Shown here one piece after another: positions 23,491-39,956 of a stretch of 47,372 nucleotides of DNA (within the stretch, counting starts at the first letter, position 1; each line of letters opens with the position of its first letter). Location of the stretch: assembly GCA_964016885.1 (NCBI GenBank), contig CAXHJY010000367.1:1-47372 (forward strand), in the 5' to 3' direction. The stretch is from Eledone cirrhosa (taxonomy: Eukaryota). The notes under the pieces are model-generated. The model had not been told where the DNA came from. It did not search any database and worked only from the letters and a program-made list of their open reading frames with translations. A program made the translations under genes and the position numbers.

Positions 23491-24278
23491 GGAATAAACA
23501 AGTGCATATTCCCGCACCTACGGCACACGAGGCTGAAGTAGACGATGCAGTGAGAAAACTCGCCACAAGTCTTAAAAATGATAGCACGTTTTTTTTCACA
23601 AAATAACGATGACAAACATGATAATGCTGCTGCTGTTGCTGCTGCTGATGATGATGGTGATGATGAGGATGATGACTGATGATGATGATGATGATGACGA
23701 CGACGATGACGATGGCCCTTTCTTGTATCGCCGACAAGGGCCGAAGAGGTGTTCTATGCAAGAGCGGGACAGGTTAACAGTGTTGGAGAGTACATTATGC
23801 CAAAGCAGCAACAGTAACAACAACACCACAATCAACAACAACAGCAGCAACAACATCAATAATAAATAACAAATAGATCTTCCCCCCTCCCCTCCCACCA
23901 AAAAATACTGCTGGTATTGTGCCTAAATTAGTATAACGAACAATTTTCCTAGGTGTAAAAAGATAAAACATAAAACATGATTAAAGAGAGTGGGAGTTAT
24001 AAACCCGAATTAATTCGAACGATATCGGTTTTTGTCAAGGTTTCCAGCATTTTACATCTTTCTTTCATTTAAAAAAAATTTGCTTTCTTCTTAGTTTTCT
24101 TGTTGATAATATCTTTTTGTTTTTATTTCTGCAAGTTATTCATTTTATGTGTTTGTATATATTTGATGGTCGTTTTATTTTGTTAGTGTGTTTTTTTACT
24201 CAATTTTATTGTAAACCCCCACTGTCCCTGTTTTTTGTATTGTCCCCTATATGTCGGCCCTTGTGTCCAATAATTGAA

Positions 24279-24317
<39 letters not shown>

Positions 24318-24790
24318 GAGTTATGGCCCTTTACGTTCTGAGTTCAAATCCCGCCGAGTTTAACTTTGCCTTTCATCTTTACGGGGTCGATAAAATAAAG
24401 TACCAGTCACGCACTGGGGTTGATTTAATCGACTTTCCCCTCCCCCAAATTATTGGCCTTGTGCCTATATAAAAACCATTATTATTATGCGGTGGATTGG
24501 CAGTATCGGTAGAGGGTTGGACGCCATGCTTTGTCGCATAATTACGGTCCTTGCAATTCTGAGTTCAAATCCCGCCGTGGTTAACTTTGTCTTTCATCAT
24601 TATGGGGTCGATAAAATAAAGTACCAGTAATGCACTGGTGTAATTGCTGGCCTTGTGCCAAAGGTAGAAACAATTATTATCATTATTATTAAAGCACTAG
24701 TAATGAACTGGGGTCGATTTAATCGACCCCCCCCCCCTCCCCCCCCAAAAAAAAGAATTTCTGGCCTTGTGCCTATATTATTTTATTAAA
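24318..24790 (+). mobile_element. Head-to-tail chain of about three SINE copies of the same family
   Basis: B-boxes GAGTTCAAATCC at ~24340 and ~24561; each copy starts in the (ATT)n tail of the previous one. Confidence 0.85.
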
Positions 24791-25404
24791 CAGAATAACA
24801 AATCGTGAGTGAAATTACATTCAGAGCGGCATAGAAAATAAAATTATTTAAGAATATTTTACATTTACTAACATTTTTTCAACACACTGACGCGTATGTG
24901 TATATGTGTGCGTGCGTATATGTGCGTATGCATACATTTATATGTATGCATATATAAATATAAACACGGAAACACAGACACACTTTCAAAAATATACACT
25001 CACAGACATACATTCATACAAACACACATACATTCAGACAAACACATACAATCACACAAACACACACATACATTCACACAAACACACACATACAGTCACA
25101 TAAACACACACACACTTACATTTACACAAACACACACACACACATACACATACACTCTTACAAAGCGTAGCAAATAGAGCGAGCCACTGTTTTGCTATAG
25201 TTTGTTTCACCATCCCTTTCCTTCCTTTTACACACACATACATCCACACACACACACAACCACACACATACATATTGTGTGACGGACGGAAGTCGCTCAA
25301 ATTTATATATAGATACCAATATAAATAATGCTGACGCAGACCTGTAACCCTCTCTCTTTCTCTCTCCCTATCTCTATCTCTATCTCGTTCTCTCTCTTGC
25401 TCTC

Positions 25405-25435
<31 letters not shown>

Positions 25436-25693
25436 GATACATACATGCACACATACATACATAAATTATACATGCATACATATATATATGTGTGTGAGTG
25501 GTGTAAAGATGAATTCTTAAGACGTCTTTGCTTTTTGTCCTTCGAGGTCGATAAATAATATTCCAGCCCACTCTTCTTATTTTTCTTTTTATTTCCCTCC
25601 CTCTCATTCTCTTTCTCTCCCTTTCTCTCTCTCTATATATATACATATATAAATATATATATGTTCAGATGCATCACTGATTTTTCGTTTTCT

Positions 25694-25739
<46 letters not shown>

Positions 25740-25742
25740 TAT

Positions 25743-27452
25743 ATACAAACATAAATTATCGAGATTCGCATTTCGGCCCACGAAATAACGAAAAACAACC
25801 TCCGAGATGTAAGGCAAGTGCTCAAAGATTCAGATGAACCAGACCTATAACAAACGTTAAAGGCCAAACACACTGAGACGATGGTTAAACAATCATTTGC
25901 ATAGCCAAAAAAAAACGATCAAGTAATTCGGGTATTGAAAATTTACCGGGACCCCTGGAAGGTTGGTAAAATCCAGTATATGGGTTTCTACGGCTCCTAA
26001 ATCAAGTACCGTCCGCTTACATAAATAATGTCTGGCTTCTGGTAAGATGATTGAACAAGGAAGCCACTTTCTCAATAGGTTTTAGTTCAATGTTAATACA
26101 AGGACTGACTATTGCTGACCCCACGTGGGGATCGGCAAGGGAGGCAATCCCTATATCAGGCGAATGAATTCAGTTGTGTATATTTTTGCACGAATGCAAA
26201 AACATCACAAATCGAATAGAGTTCTCAACAGAAGGGTTAAAATTAACATAAGCTATTCATCAGTCAATAGAATCAACTATAAAATCAAGAAAATTAACTG
26301 GTCAATAGCTAGAGTCTGGAGAATAATACAAACATAAATTATCGAGATTCGCATTTCGGCCCACAAAATAACGAAAAACAACCTCCGAGATGTGCGGCAA
26401 GTGCTCAATGATTCAGATGAACCAGAGCTATAACAAACGTTAAAGGCCAAACACACTGAGACGATGGTTAAACGATCATTCGCATTTTGGGAGGAGCCGG
26501 CTGGGGACAATACTGTACCCACATTTTGATTAATGTCCAAGAAACGCCGTGTCATGCTTGTACGACTCCAATGCAGATATACAAACTTTAACTTCACATT
26601 ATTTTTCTCAAATCCTTCTACACACAAACCTTGTACGACTCCAATGCAGATATACAAACTTTAACTTCACATTATTTTTCTCAAATCCTTCTACACACAA
26701 ACCTTAATAATTTTTCTCTTCGTTAATTTTGAAATTGCCACAATACTTATCAACATACACCTTTTTGACGTTAGAATATTCATCCACAATTATTATTTTT
26801 TCTCTCTATCTTCATACATAAACACCCTTTCTTTCCTCGTAAATATTTTTCCCTTCGTTAATTTTCAAATTCTTTTAATTTATACATTATCTTCCAACGG
26901 TTCTCAACCTCTCTATGTAAAACAATATATCTTTTCTCAGTTATAAAAACTATCTCTTTCTCTCTATCACCCATCTCTCCCTCTCCACCTTCACTCTCAT
27001 CTCCTCCCCCTTTTTTCATCCTTTCCACCCCCCATCCCTAAATAAAATATTTTTTCCTCGTACATATCTTTCCCTTCGTTAATTTTCAAATTCTTTTAAT
27101 TTATACATTATCTTCCAACGGTTTTCAACCTCTCTATGTAAAACAATATATCTTCTCTCAGTTATAAAAACTATCTCTTTCTCTCTATCACCCATCTCTC
27201 CCTCTCATCTCCTCCCCTTTTTCATCCTCCCCCCCCCCTCTCTAAATAAAATATTTTTCCCAATATCACACATCAATCTAAAACCACTTTTCATATGTTG
27301 ATTTAAAACTGCACTATCCACAAGTGTTTTTTAGCCTTCATATCATGTTCTCCTGTTTTATCTGATGAAAACACAAATATTATTGCATGATGATGTTTGT
27401 TTTTGAAATGCGCATAATAAAATACATGAAACTCCTTTAACCATCTTTTGAT

Positions 27453-27456
<4 letters not shown>
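25743..27456 (+). mobile_element. Decayed Penelope-like element (PLE) 3' region: GIY-YIG endonuclease remnant, repeat-rich 3'UTR/pLTR and hammerhead
   Basis: Frame-broken peptides in the expected order: GY*KF, VSTAPK, EAIPIS, NSVVYIF (from 26167), SNRVLNRRVK, KKINWSIAR, EPEL. These resemble PLE linker/GIY-YIG motifs (NGYP.KF, VP.K, KD.LP, S.VVY.F, T.R.L..R, INSSI..HL, KP.L). A canonical HHR follows at 27354-27424. Internal direct repeats: 25743-25902/26326-26485, a 73-bp dimer at 26557-26705, and a ~220-bp dimer from 26836/27056. Confidence 0.55.
27354..27424 (+). ncRNA. Type I hammerhead ribozyme, family C (PLE-associated)
   Basis: Stem I UGUUUUAU/AUAAAAUA; CUGAUGA 27362-27368; 16-bp stem II (15/16 paired) with GCAU loop; GAAA 27405-27408; palindromic stem III AUGCGCAU; predicted AUA cleavage after 27416. 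Confidence 0.85.
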
Positions 27457-27526
<70 letters not shown>

Positions 27527-27659
27527 TATATATATATATATATAGATATATAGATATAGATATATATAGAGATATATATATATATATAGAGATATATATA
27601 TATATATAGAGATATATATATATATATATATAGAGAGAGATATAGAGAGATATATATAT

Positions 27660-27722
<63 letters not shown>

Positions 27723-27934
27723 TATATATATATATATATATATATAGATATATATATATATATATATATATAGATATAGATATATATATATATATATATA
27801 TATATAGATATATATATATATATATATATAGATATATATATATATATATATATATATAGATATAGATATATATATATATAGATATAGATATATATATATA
27901 TATATATATATATAGATATATATATATCTATATA

Positions 27935-27970
<36 letters not shown>

Positions 27971-27996
27971 TATATAGATATATATATAGATATATA

Positions 27997-28058
<62 letters not shown>

Positions 28059-28179
28059 TATATATATCTATATATCTATATATCTATATATATATATATA
28101 TATATATATAGATATATAGATATATATATATATATATATCTATATATATATATATATATATATATATAGATATATAGAT

Positions 28180-28214
<35 letters not shown>

Positions 28215-28248
28215 TATATATAGATATATATATCTATATATCTATATA

Positions 28249-28282
<34 letters not shown>

Positions 28283-28308
28283 TATATAGATATATATATA
28301 GATATATA

Positions 28309-28345
<37 letters not shown>

Positions 28346-28369
28346 ATATATATATATATATATATATAT

Positions 28370-28402
<33 letters not shown>

Positions 28403-28482
28403 TATATATATATATATATAGAGATATATATATATATATATAGAGATATATATATATATATCTATATATATATATATATATA
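27457..28482. repeat. (TA)n microsatellite with TAGA/TCTA interruptions
   Basis: Direct inspection. Confidence 0.97.
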
Positions 28483-28518
28483 TATTATTATTATGTAATA
28501 AACAACATAAGGCAATTA

Positions 28519-28578
28519 TTCCATTTACCAGTGGTTTCTTAAAAGCAAAAGGTTTTGCTTTCAATCCTCAGAATGAAA
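28519..28578 (-). ncRNA. Type I hammerhead ribozyme, family B (mirror copy)
   Basis: Exact reverse complement of 28680-28739. Confidence 0.78.
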
Positions 28579-28679
28579 AATCCTGGTTTGTTTATTGAAT
28601 ATGGATTCTAAAAACAAGAATGCAATCATAGATTGCATTTTTGTTTTTAGAATCCATATTCAATAAACAAACCAGGATT

Positions 28680-28739
28680 TTTCATTCTGAGGATTGAAAG
28701 CAAAACCTTTTGCTTTTAAGAAACCACTGGTAAATGGAA
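28680..28739 (+). ncRNA. Type I hammerhead ribozyme, family B
   Basis: Stem I UUUCAUU/AAUGGAA, with distal AAUAAACAA/UUGUUUAUU pairing; CUGAGGA 28687-28693; 11-12-bp stem II UUGAAAGCAAA/UUUGCUUUUAA; GAAA 28720-28723; stem III ACC-acu-GGU; predicted GUA cleavage after 28732. Confidence 0.78.
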
Positions 28740-28840
28740 TAATTGCCTTATGTTGTTTATTACATAATAATAATAATTAAGCTCTGTTGCATACATAGAG
28801 CACTCTTTTTTCCTGGACTTTTCCGATGGAATTACTTCAT

Positions 28841-29830
28841 ATATATATATATATATATAGATATAGATATATATATATATATCTATATATATATATATAT
28901 ATATATATAGATATATATATAGATATATATATATATATCTATATATCTATATATATATATATATATATATATCTATATATCTATATATATATATATATAT
29001 ATAGATATATATATAGATATATATATATATATCTATATAGATATATATATATATATAGATATATATATATATATAGATATATATATATATATCTATATAT
29101 CTATATATATATATATAGATATATATATATATATAGATATATATATATATATCTATATAGATATATATATATATATAGATATATATATATATATAGATAT
29201 ATATATATATATCTATATATATATATATATAGATATATATATATATATCTATATATCTATATATATATATATAGATATATATATATATATAGATATATAT
29301 ATATATAGATATATATATATATATAGATATATATATATATAGATATATATCTATATATATATATATAGATATATATCTATATATATATATATATATATAG
29401 ATATATATCTATATATATATATATAGATATATATCTATATATATATATAGAGATATATATCTATATATATATATAGAGATATATATCTATATATATATAT
29501 AGAGATATATATCTATATATATATATATATATAGATATATATCTATATATATATATATAGATATATATCTATATATATATATAGAGATATATATCTATAT
29601 ATATATATAGAGATATATATCTATATATATATATAGAGATATATATCTATATATATATATAGAGATATATATCTATATATATATATAGAGATATATATCT
29701 ATATATATATAGAGATATATATCTATATATATATAGAGAGATATATATCTATATATATATAGAGAGATATATATCTATATATATATAGAGAGATATATAT
29801 ATATATATAGAGAGATATATATATATAGAG

Positions 29831-29861
<31 letters not shown>

Positions 29862-29880
29862 TATATATATATATATATAT

Positions 29881-29929
<49 letters not shown>

Positions 29930-30134
29930 TATATATATATATATATATGTATAGATATATATATATATATATATATAGATATATATATATATAGATATAT
30001 ATAGATATATATATATATATATATATAGATATATATATATATATATAGATATATATATATATATATATAGATATATATATATATATATATAGATATATAT
30101 ATATATATATAGATATATATATATATATATATAG

Positions 30135-30207
<73 letters not shown>

Positions 30208-30385
30208 TATATATAGATATATATATAGATATATATATATCTATATATATATATCTATATATATATATCTATATATATATAGAGATATATATATATATAG
30301 AGATATATATATATCTATATATATATATCTATATATATATATCTATATATATATATCTATATCTATATATATATATCTATATATC

Positions 30386-30432
<47 letters not shown>

Positions 30433-30568
30433 ATATATATATATCTATATATCTATATATCTATATATATATATATCTATCTATATATTTATATCTATAT
30501 ATCTATATATCTATATATATATATAGATATATATAGATATATAGATAAATATATATATATAGATATAT
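28841..30568. repeat. (TA)n/TAGA/TCTA microsatellite with a ~26-bp higher-order unit at ~29330-29800
   Basis: Repeating AGAGATATATATCTATATATATATAT-like unit. Confidence 0.93.
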
Positions 30569-30985
30569 AATTAAGTTAAAAATGTACATCCACATATGTA
30601 TACTGAAATACTAGTATGCATATGAATACACACACGTGTACATATGTAGATGTACCGAGTTTTCACTGGTCACTTTACTGTGAGTGTCCAGCTATTCTGT
30701 ATGTAGACACACAGACAAACCGGTTCTTAGAGTCATACTGGTTTTTGAGGAAACACCTTTCCTGTATTCTCCAGAAAGCCAGACAAGGAATATTGGACTA
30801 GTTTCGATGTTGTTACATCTCATCAGCAATATTTACCTATCTTCCGGCTTCTCTAGAGAATCGTGAAAGCACATATCGTTATATGCTTTTTCTATGAAAA
30901 TTAGTAGTGGGCAGACCAATTTGCACAGAGCGTGAGTACGTACCGGTTCAACGGAGACGATAAAAACAAATAACGAAACGAAATT
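30569..30985 (-). mobile_element. Inverted partial copy of the 465-bp retrozyme unit (left arm of the 835-bp palindrome 30569-31403)
   Basis: Reverse complement of 30987-31403 about axis 30986; one mismatch seen (30764/31208). Confidence 0.95.
30789..30833 (-). ncRNA. Type I hammerhead ribozyme, family A (inverted copy)
   Basis: Reverse complement of 31139-31183. Confidence 0.9.
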
Positions 30986-31138
30986 TAATTTCGTTTCGTT
31001 ATTTGTTTTTATCGTCTCCGTTGAACCGGTACGTACTCACGCTCTGTGCAAATTGGTCTGCCCACTACTAATTTTCATAGAAAAAGCATATAACGATATG
31101 TGCTTTCACGATTCTCTAGAGAAGCCGGAAGATAGGTA

Positions 31139-31183
31139 AATATTGCTGATGAGATGTAACAACATCGAAACTAGTCCAATATT
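31139..31183 (+). ncRNA. Type I hammerhead ribozyme, family A, unit 1
   Basis: Stem I AAUAUUG/CAAUAUU (extended by 31112-31136 pairing with 31184-31205); CUGAUGA; stem II GAUGU-aaca-ACAUC; GAAA; palindromic stem III ACUAGU; predicted GUC cleavage after 31176. Confidence 0.92.
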
Positions 31184-31603
31184 CCTTGTCTGGCTTTCTG
31201 GAGAATAGAGGAAAGGTGTTTCCTCAAAAACCAGTATGACTCTAAGAACCGGTTTGTCTGTGTGTCTACATACAGAATAGCTGGACACTCACAGTAAAGT
31301 GACCAGTGAAAACTCGGTACATCTACATATGTACACGTGTGTGTATTCATATGCATACTAGTATTTCAGTATACATATGTGGATGTACATTTTTAACTTA
31401 ATTGTTTAAGCGTCAGTCATACAAAAGTGAGTTACAAACGAAACGAAATTTAATTTCGTTTCGTTATTTGTTTTTATCGTCTCCGTTGAACCGGTACGTA
31501 CTCACGCTCTGTGCAAATTGGTCTGCCCACTACTAATTTTCATAGAAAAAGCATATAACGATATGTGCTTTCACGATTCTCTAGAGAAGCCGGAAGATAG
31601 GTA

Positions 31604-31648
31604 AATATTGCTGATGAGATGTAACAACATCGAAACTAGTCCAATATT
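31604..31648 (+). ncRNA. Type I hammerhead ribozyme, family A, unit 2
   Basis: Identical to unit 1; cleavage after 31641. Confidence 0.92.
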
Positions 31649-32068
31649 CCTTGTCTGGCTTTCTGGAGAATAGAGGAAAGGTGTTTCCTCAAAAACCAGT
31701 ATGACTCTAAGAACCGGTTTGTCTGTGTGTCTACATACAGAATAGCTGGACACTCACAGTAAAGTGACCAGTGAAAACTCGGTACATCTACATATGTACA
31801 CGTGTGTGTATTCATATGCATACTAGTATTTCAGTATACATATGTGGATGTACATTTTTAACTTAATTGTTTAAGCGTCAGTCATACAAAAGTGAGTTAC
31901 AAACGAAACGAAATTTAATTTCGTTTCGTTATTTGTTTTTATCGTCTCCGTTGAACCGGTACGTACTCACGCTCTGTGCAAATTGGTCTGCCCACTACTA
32001 ATTTTCATAGAAAAAGCATATAACGATATGTGCTTTCACGATTCTCTAGAGAAGCCGGAAGATAGGTA

Positions 32069-32113
32069 AATATTGCTGATGAGATGTAACAACATCGAAA
32101 CTAGTCCAATATT
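32069..32113 (+). ncRNA. Type I hammerhead ribozyme, family A, unit 3
   Basis: Identical to unit 1; cleavage after 32106. Confidence 0.92.
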
Positions 32114-32533
32114 CCTTGTCTGGCTTTCTGGAGAATAGAGGAAAGGTGTTTCCTCAAAAACCAGTATGACTCTAAGAACCGGTTTGTCTGTGTGTCTACA
32201 TACAGAATAGCTGGACACTCACAGTAAAGTGACCAGTGAAAACTCGGTACATCTACATATGTACACGTGTGTGTATTCATATGCATACTAGTATTTCAGT
32301 ATACATATGTGGATGTACATTTTTAACTTAATTGTTTAAGCGTCAGTCATACAAAAGTGAGTTACAAACGAAACGAAATTTAATTTCGTTTCGTTATTTG
32401 TTTTTATCGTCTCCGTTGAACCGGTACGTACTCACGCTCTGTGCAAATTGGTCTGCCCACTACTAATTTTCATAGAAAAAGCATATAACGATATGTGCTT
32501 TCACGATTCTCTAGAGAAGCCGGAAGATAGGTA

Positions 32534-32578
32534 AATATTGCTGATGAGATGTAACAACATCGAAACTAGTCCAATATT
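32534..32578 (+). ncRNA. Type I hammerhead ribozyme, family A, unit 4
   Basis: Identical to unit 1; cleavage after 32571. Confidence 0.92.
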
Positions 32579-32998
32579 CCTTGTCTGGCTTTCTGGAGAA
32601 TAGAGGAAAGGTGTTTCCTCAAAAACCAGTATGACTCTAAGAACCGGTTTGTCTGTGTGTCTACATACAGAATAGCTGGACACTCACAGTAAAGTGACCA
32701 GTGAAAACTCGGTACATCTACATATGTACACGTGTGTGTATTCATATGCATACTAGTATTTCAGTATACATATGTGGATGTACATTTTTAACTTAATTGT
32801 TTAAGCGTCAGTCATACAAAAGTGAGTTACAAACGAAACGAAATTTAATTTCGTTTCGTTATTTGTTTTTATCGTCTCCGTTGAACCGGTACGTACTCAC
32901 GCTCTGTGCAAATTGGTCTGCCCACTACTAATTTTCATAGAAAAAGCATATAACGATATGTGCTTTCACGATTCTCTAGAGAAGCCGGAAGATAGGTA

Positions 32999-33043
32999 AA
33001 TATTGCTGATGAGATGTAACAACATCGAAACTAGTCCAATATT
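32999..33043 (+). ncRNA. Type I hammerhead ribozyme, family A, unit 5
   Basis: Identical to unit 1; cleavage after 33036. Confidence 0.92.
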
Positions 33044-33463
33044 CCTTGTCTGGCTTTCTGGAGAATAGAGGAAAGGTGTTTCCTCAAAAACCAGTATGAC
33101 TCTAAGAACCGGTTTGTCTGTGTGTCTACATACAGAATAGCTGGACACTCACAGTAAAGTGACCAGTGAAAACTCGGTACATCTACATATGTACACGTGT
33201 GTGTATTCATATGCATACTAGTATTTCAGTATACATATGTGGATGTACATTTTTAACTTAATTGTTTAAGCGTCAGTCATACAAAAGTGAGTTACAAACG
33301 AAACGAAATTTAATTTCGTTTCGTTATTTGTTTTTATCGTCTCCGTTGAACCGGTACGTACTCACGCTCTGTGCAAATTGGTCTGCCCACTACTAATTTT
33401 CATAGAAAAAGCATATAACGATATGTGCTTTCACGATTCTCTAGAGAAGCCGGAAGATAGGTA

Positions 33464-33508
33464 AATATTGCTGATGAGATGTAACAACATCGAAACTAGT
33501 CCAATATT
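33464..33508 (+). ncRNA. Type I hammerhead ribozyme, family A, unit 6
   Basis: Identical to unit 1; cleavage after 33501. Confidence 0.92.
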
Positions 33509-33802
33509 CCTTGTCTGGCTTTCTGGAGAATAGAGGAAAGGTGTTTCCTCAAAAACCAGTATGACTCTAAGAACCGGTTTGTCTGTGTGTCTACATACAG
33601 AATAGCTGGACACTCACAGTAAAGTGACCAGTGAAAACTCGGTACATCTACATATGTACACGTGTGTGTATTCATATGCATACTAGTATTTCAGTATACA
33701 TATGTGGATGTACATTTTTAACTTAATTGTTTAAGCGTCAGTCATACAAAAGTGAGTTACAAACGAAACGAAATTTAATTTCGTTTCGTTATTTGTTTTT
33801 AT

Positions 33803-36638
<2,836 letters not shown>

Positions 36639-37165
36639 ATAATGTAGGAGGTGAGTTTTATTGTAGTACAATAAAGCAATGCAGATATCGGATAAGAAGC
36701 ACTCTACAGTTTGTGGGACTGGAGTATGCATAATATAAGATCAAAAGATGGTTAAAGGAGTTCCATATATTTTATTATGCGCATTTCAAAAACAAACATC
36801 ATCAAGCAATAATATCTGTGTTTTCATCAGATAAAACAGGAGAACATGATATGAAGGCTAAAAAACACTTGTTGATAGTGCAGTTTTAAATCAACATACG
36901 AAAATGGTTTTAGATTGATGTGTGATATTGGGAAAAATATTTTATCTAGAGAGGGGGGGGAGGATGAAAAGGTAAGGAGACGAGAGGGAGAGATGGGCGA
37001 CAGAGAAAAAGAGATAGTTTCCACAACTGAGAGGAGACATATTTTTTACACAGAGGGGTTGAAAACGCTGGAAGATACTGTATGAATTAAAATTTTGAAA
37101 ATTAACGAAGGGAGGATATGTGCGAGGAAAAAATATTTCATTTAGGGAGGGGGGGTGGAAAGGAA
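36639..37165 (-). mobile_element. PLE pLTR-like HHR cassette (family C), inverted copy 1
   Basis: Diverged reverse-complement homologue of ~27019-27456, extending ~95 bp further at its 3' end. Confidence 0.8.
36768..36838 (-). ncRNA. Type I hammerhead ribozyme, family C
   Basis: Minus strand: UGUUUUAU CUGAUGA aaacacagauauuauu-gcuu-gaugauguuuguuuuu GAAA UGCGC AUA^AUAAAAUA; cleavage at 36776/36775. Confidence 0.85.

Positions 37166-39956
<2,791 letters not shown>

Larger units (their letters stand above)
28483..28775. repeat. 293-bp palindrome (145-bp arms, ATA loop) carrying a hammerhead on each strand; unique tail to ~28840
   Basis: Arms are reverse complements about 28629, with a single G/T pair (28618/28640). 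Confidence 0.95.
30972..33802 (+). mobile_element. Non-LTR retrozyme-like tandem array: 6 x 465-bp units plus ~40 bp terminal redundancy
   Basis: Exact 465-bp period (CUGAUGA at 31146, 31611, 32076, 32541, 33006, 33471). No credible ORF, one HHR per unit, many internal hairpins; flanked by (TA)n/(TAGA)n. Confidence 0.88.

Noticed and set aside
26205-26270. Minus-strand CTGATGA with ATAG/CTAT pairing
   Set aside because: No GAAA or NUH in the required positions, and it lies antisense within the putative PLE ORF remnant.
30616-33681. Repeated 60/61-aa ORFs in the 465-bp units
   Set aside because: Short, overlapping, antisense to the ribozyme and with no recognisable domain; they repeat only because the unit repeats.
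30972-33802. CRISPR array (palindromic 29-bp hairpin recurring at regular spacing)
   Set aside because: The intervening sequences are identical and 436 bp long, there are no cas genes, and the context is eukaryotic.
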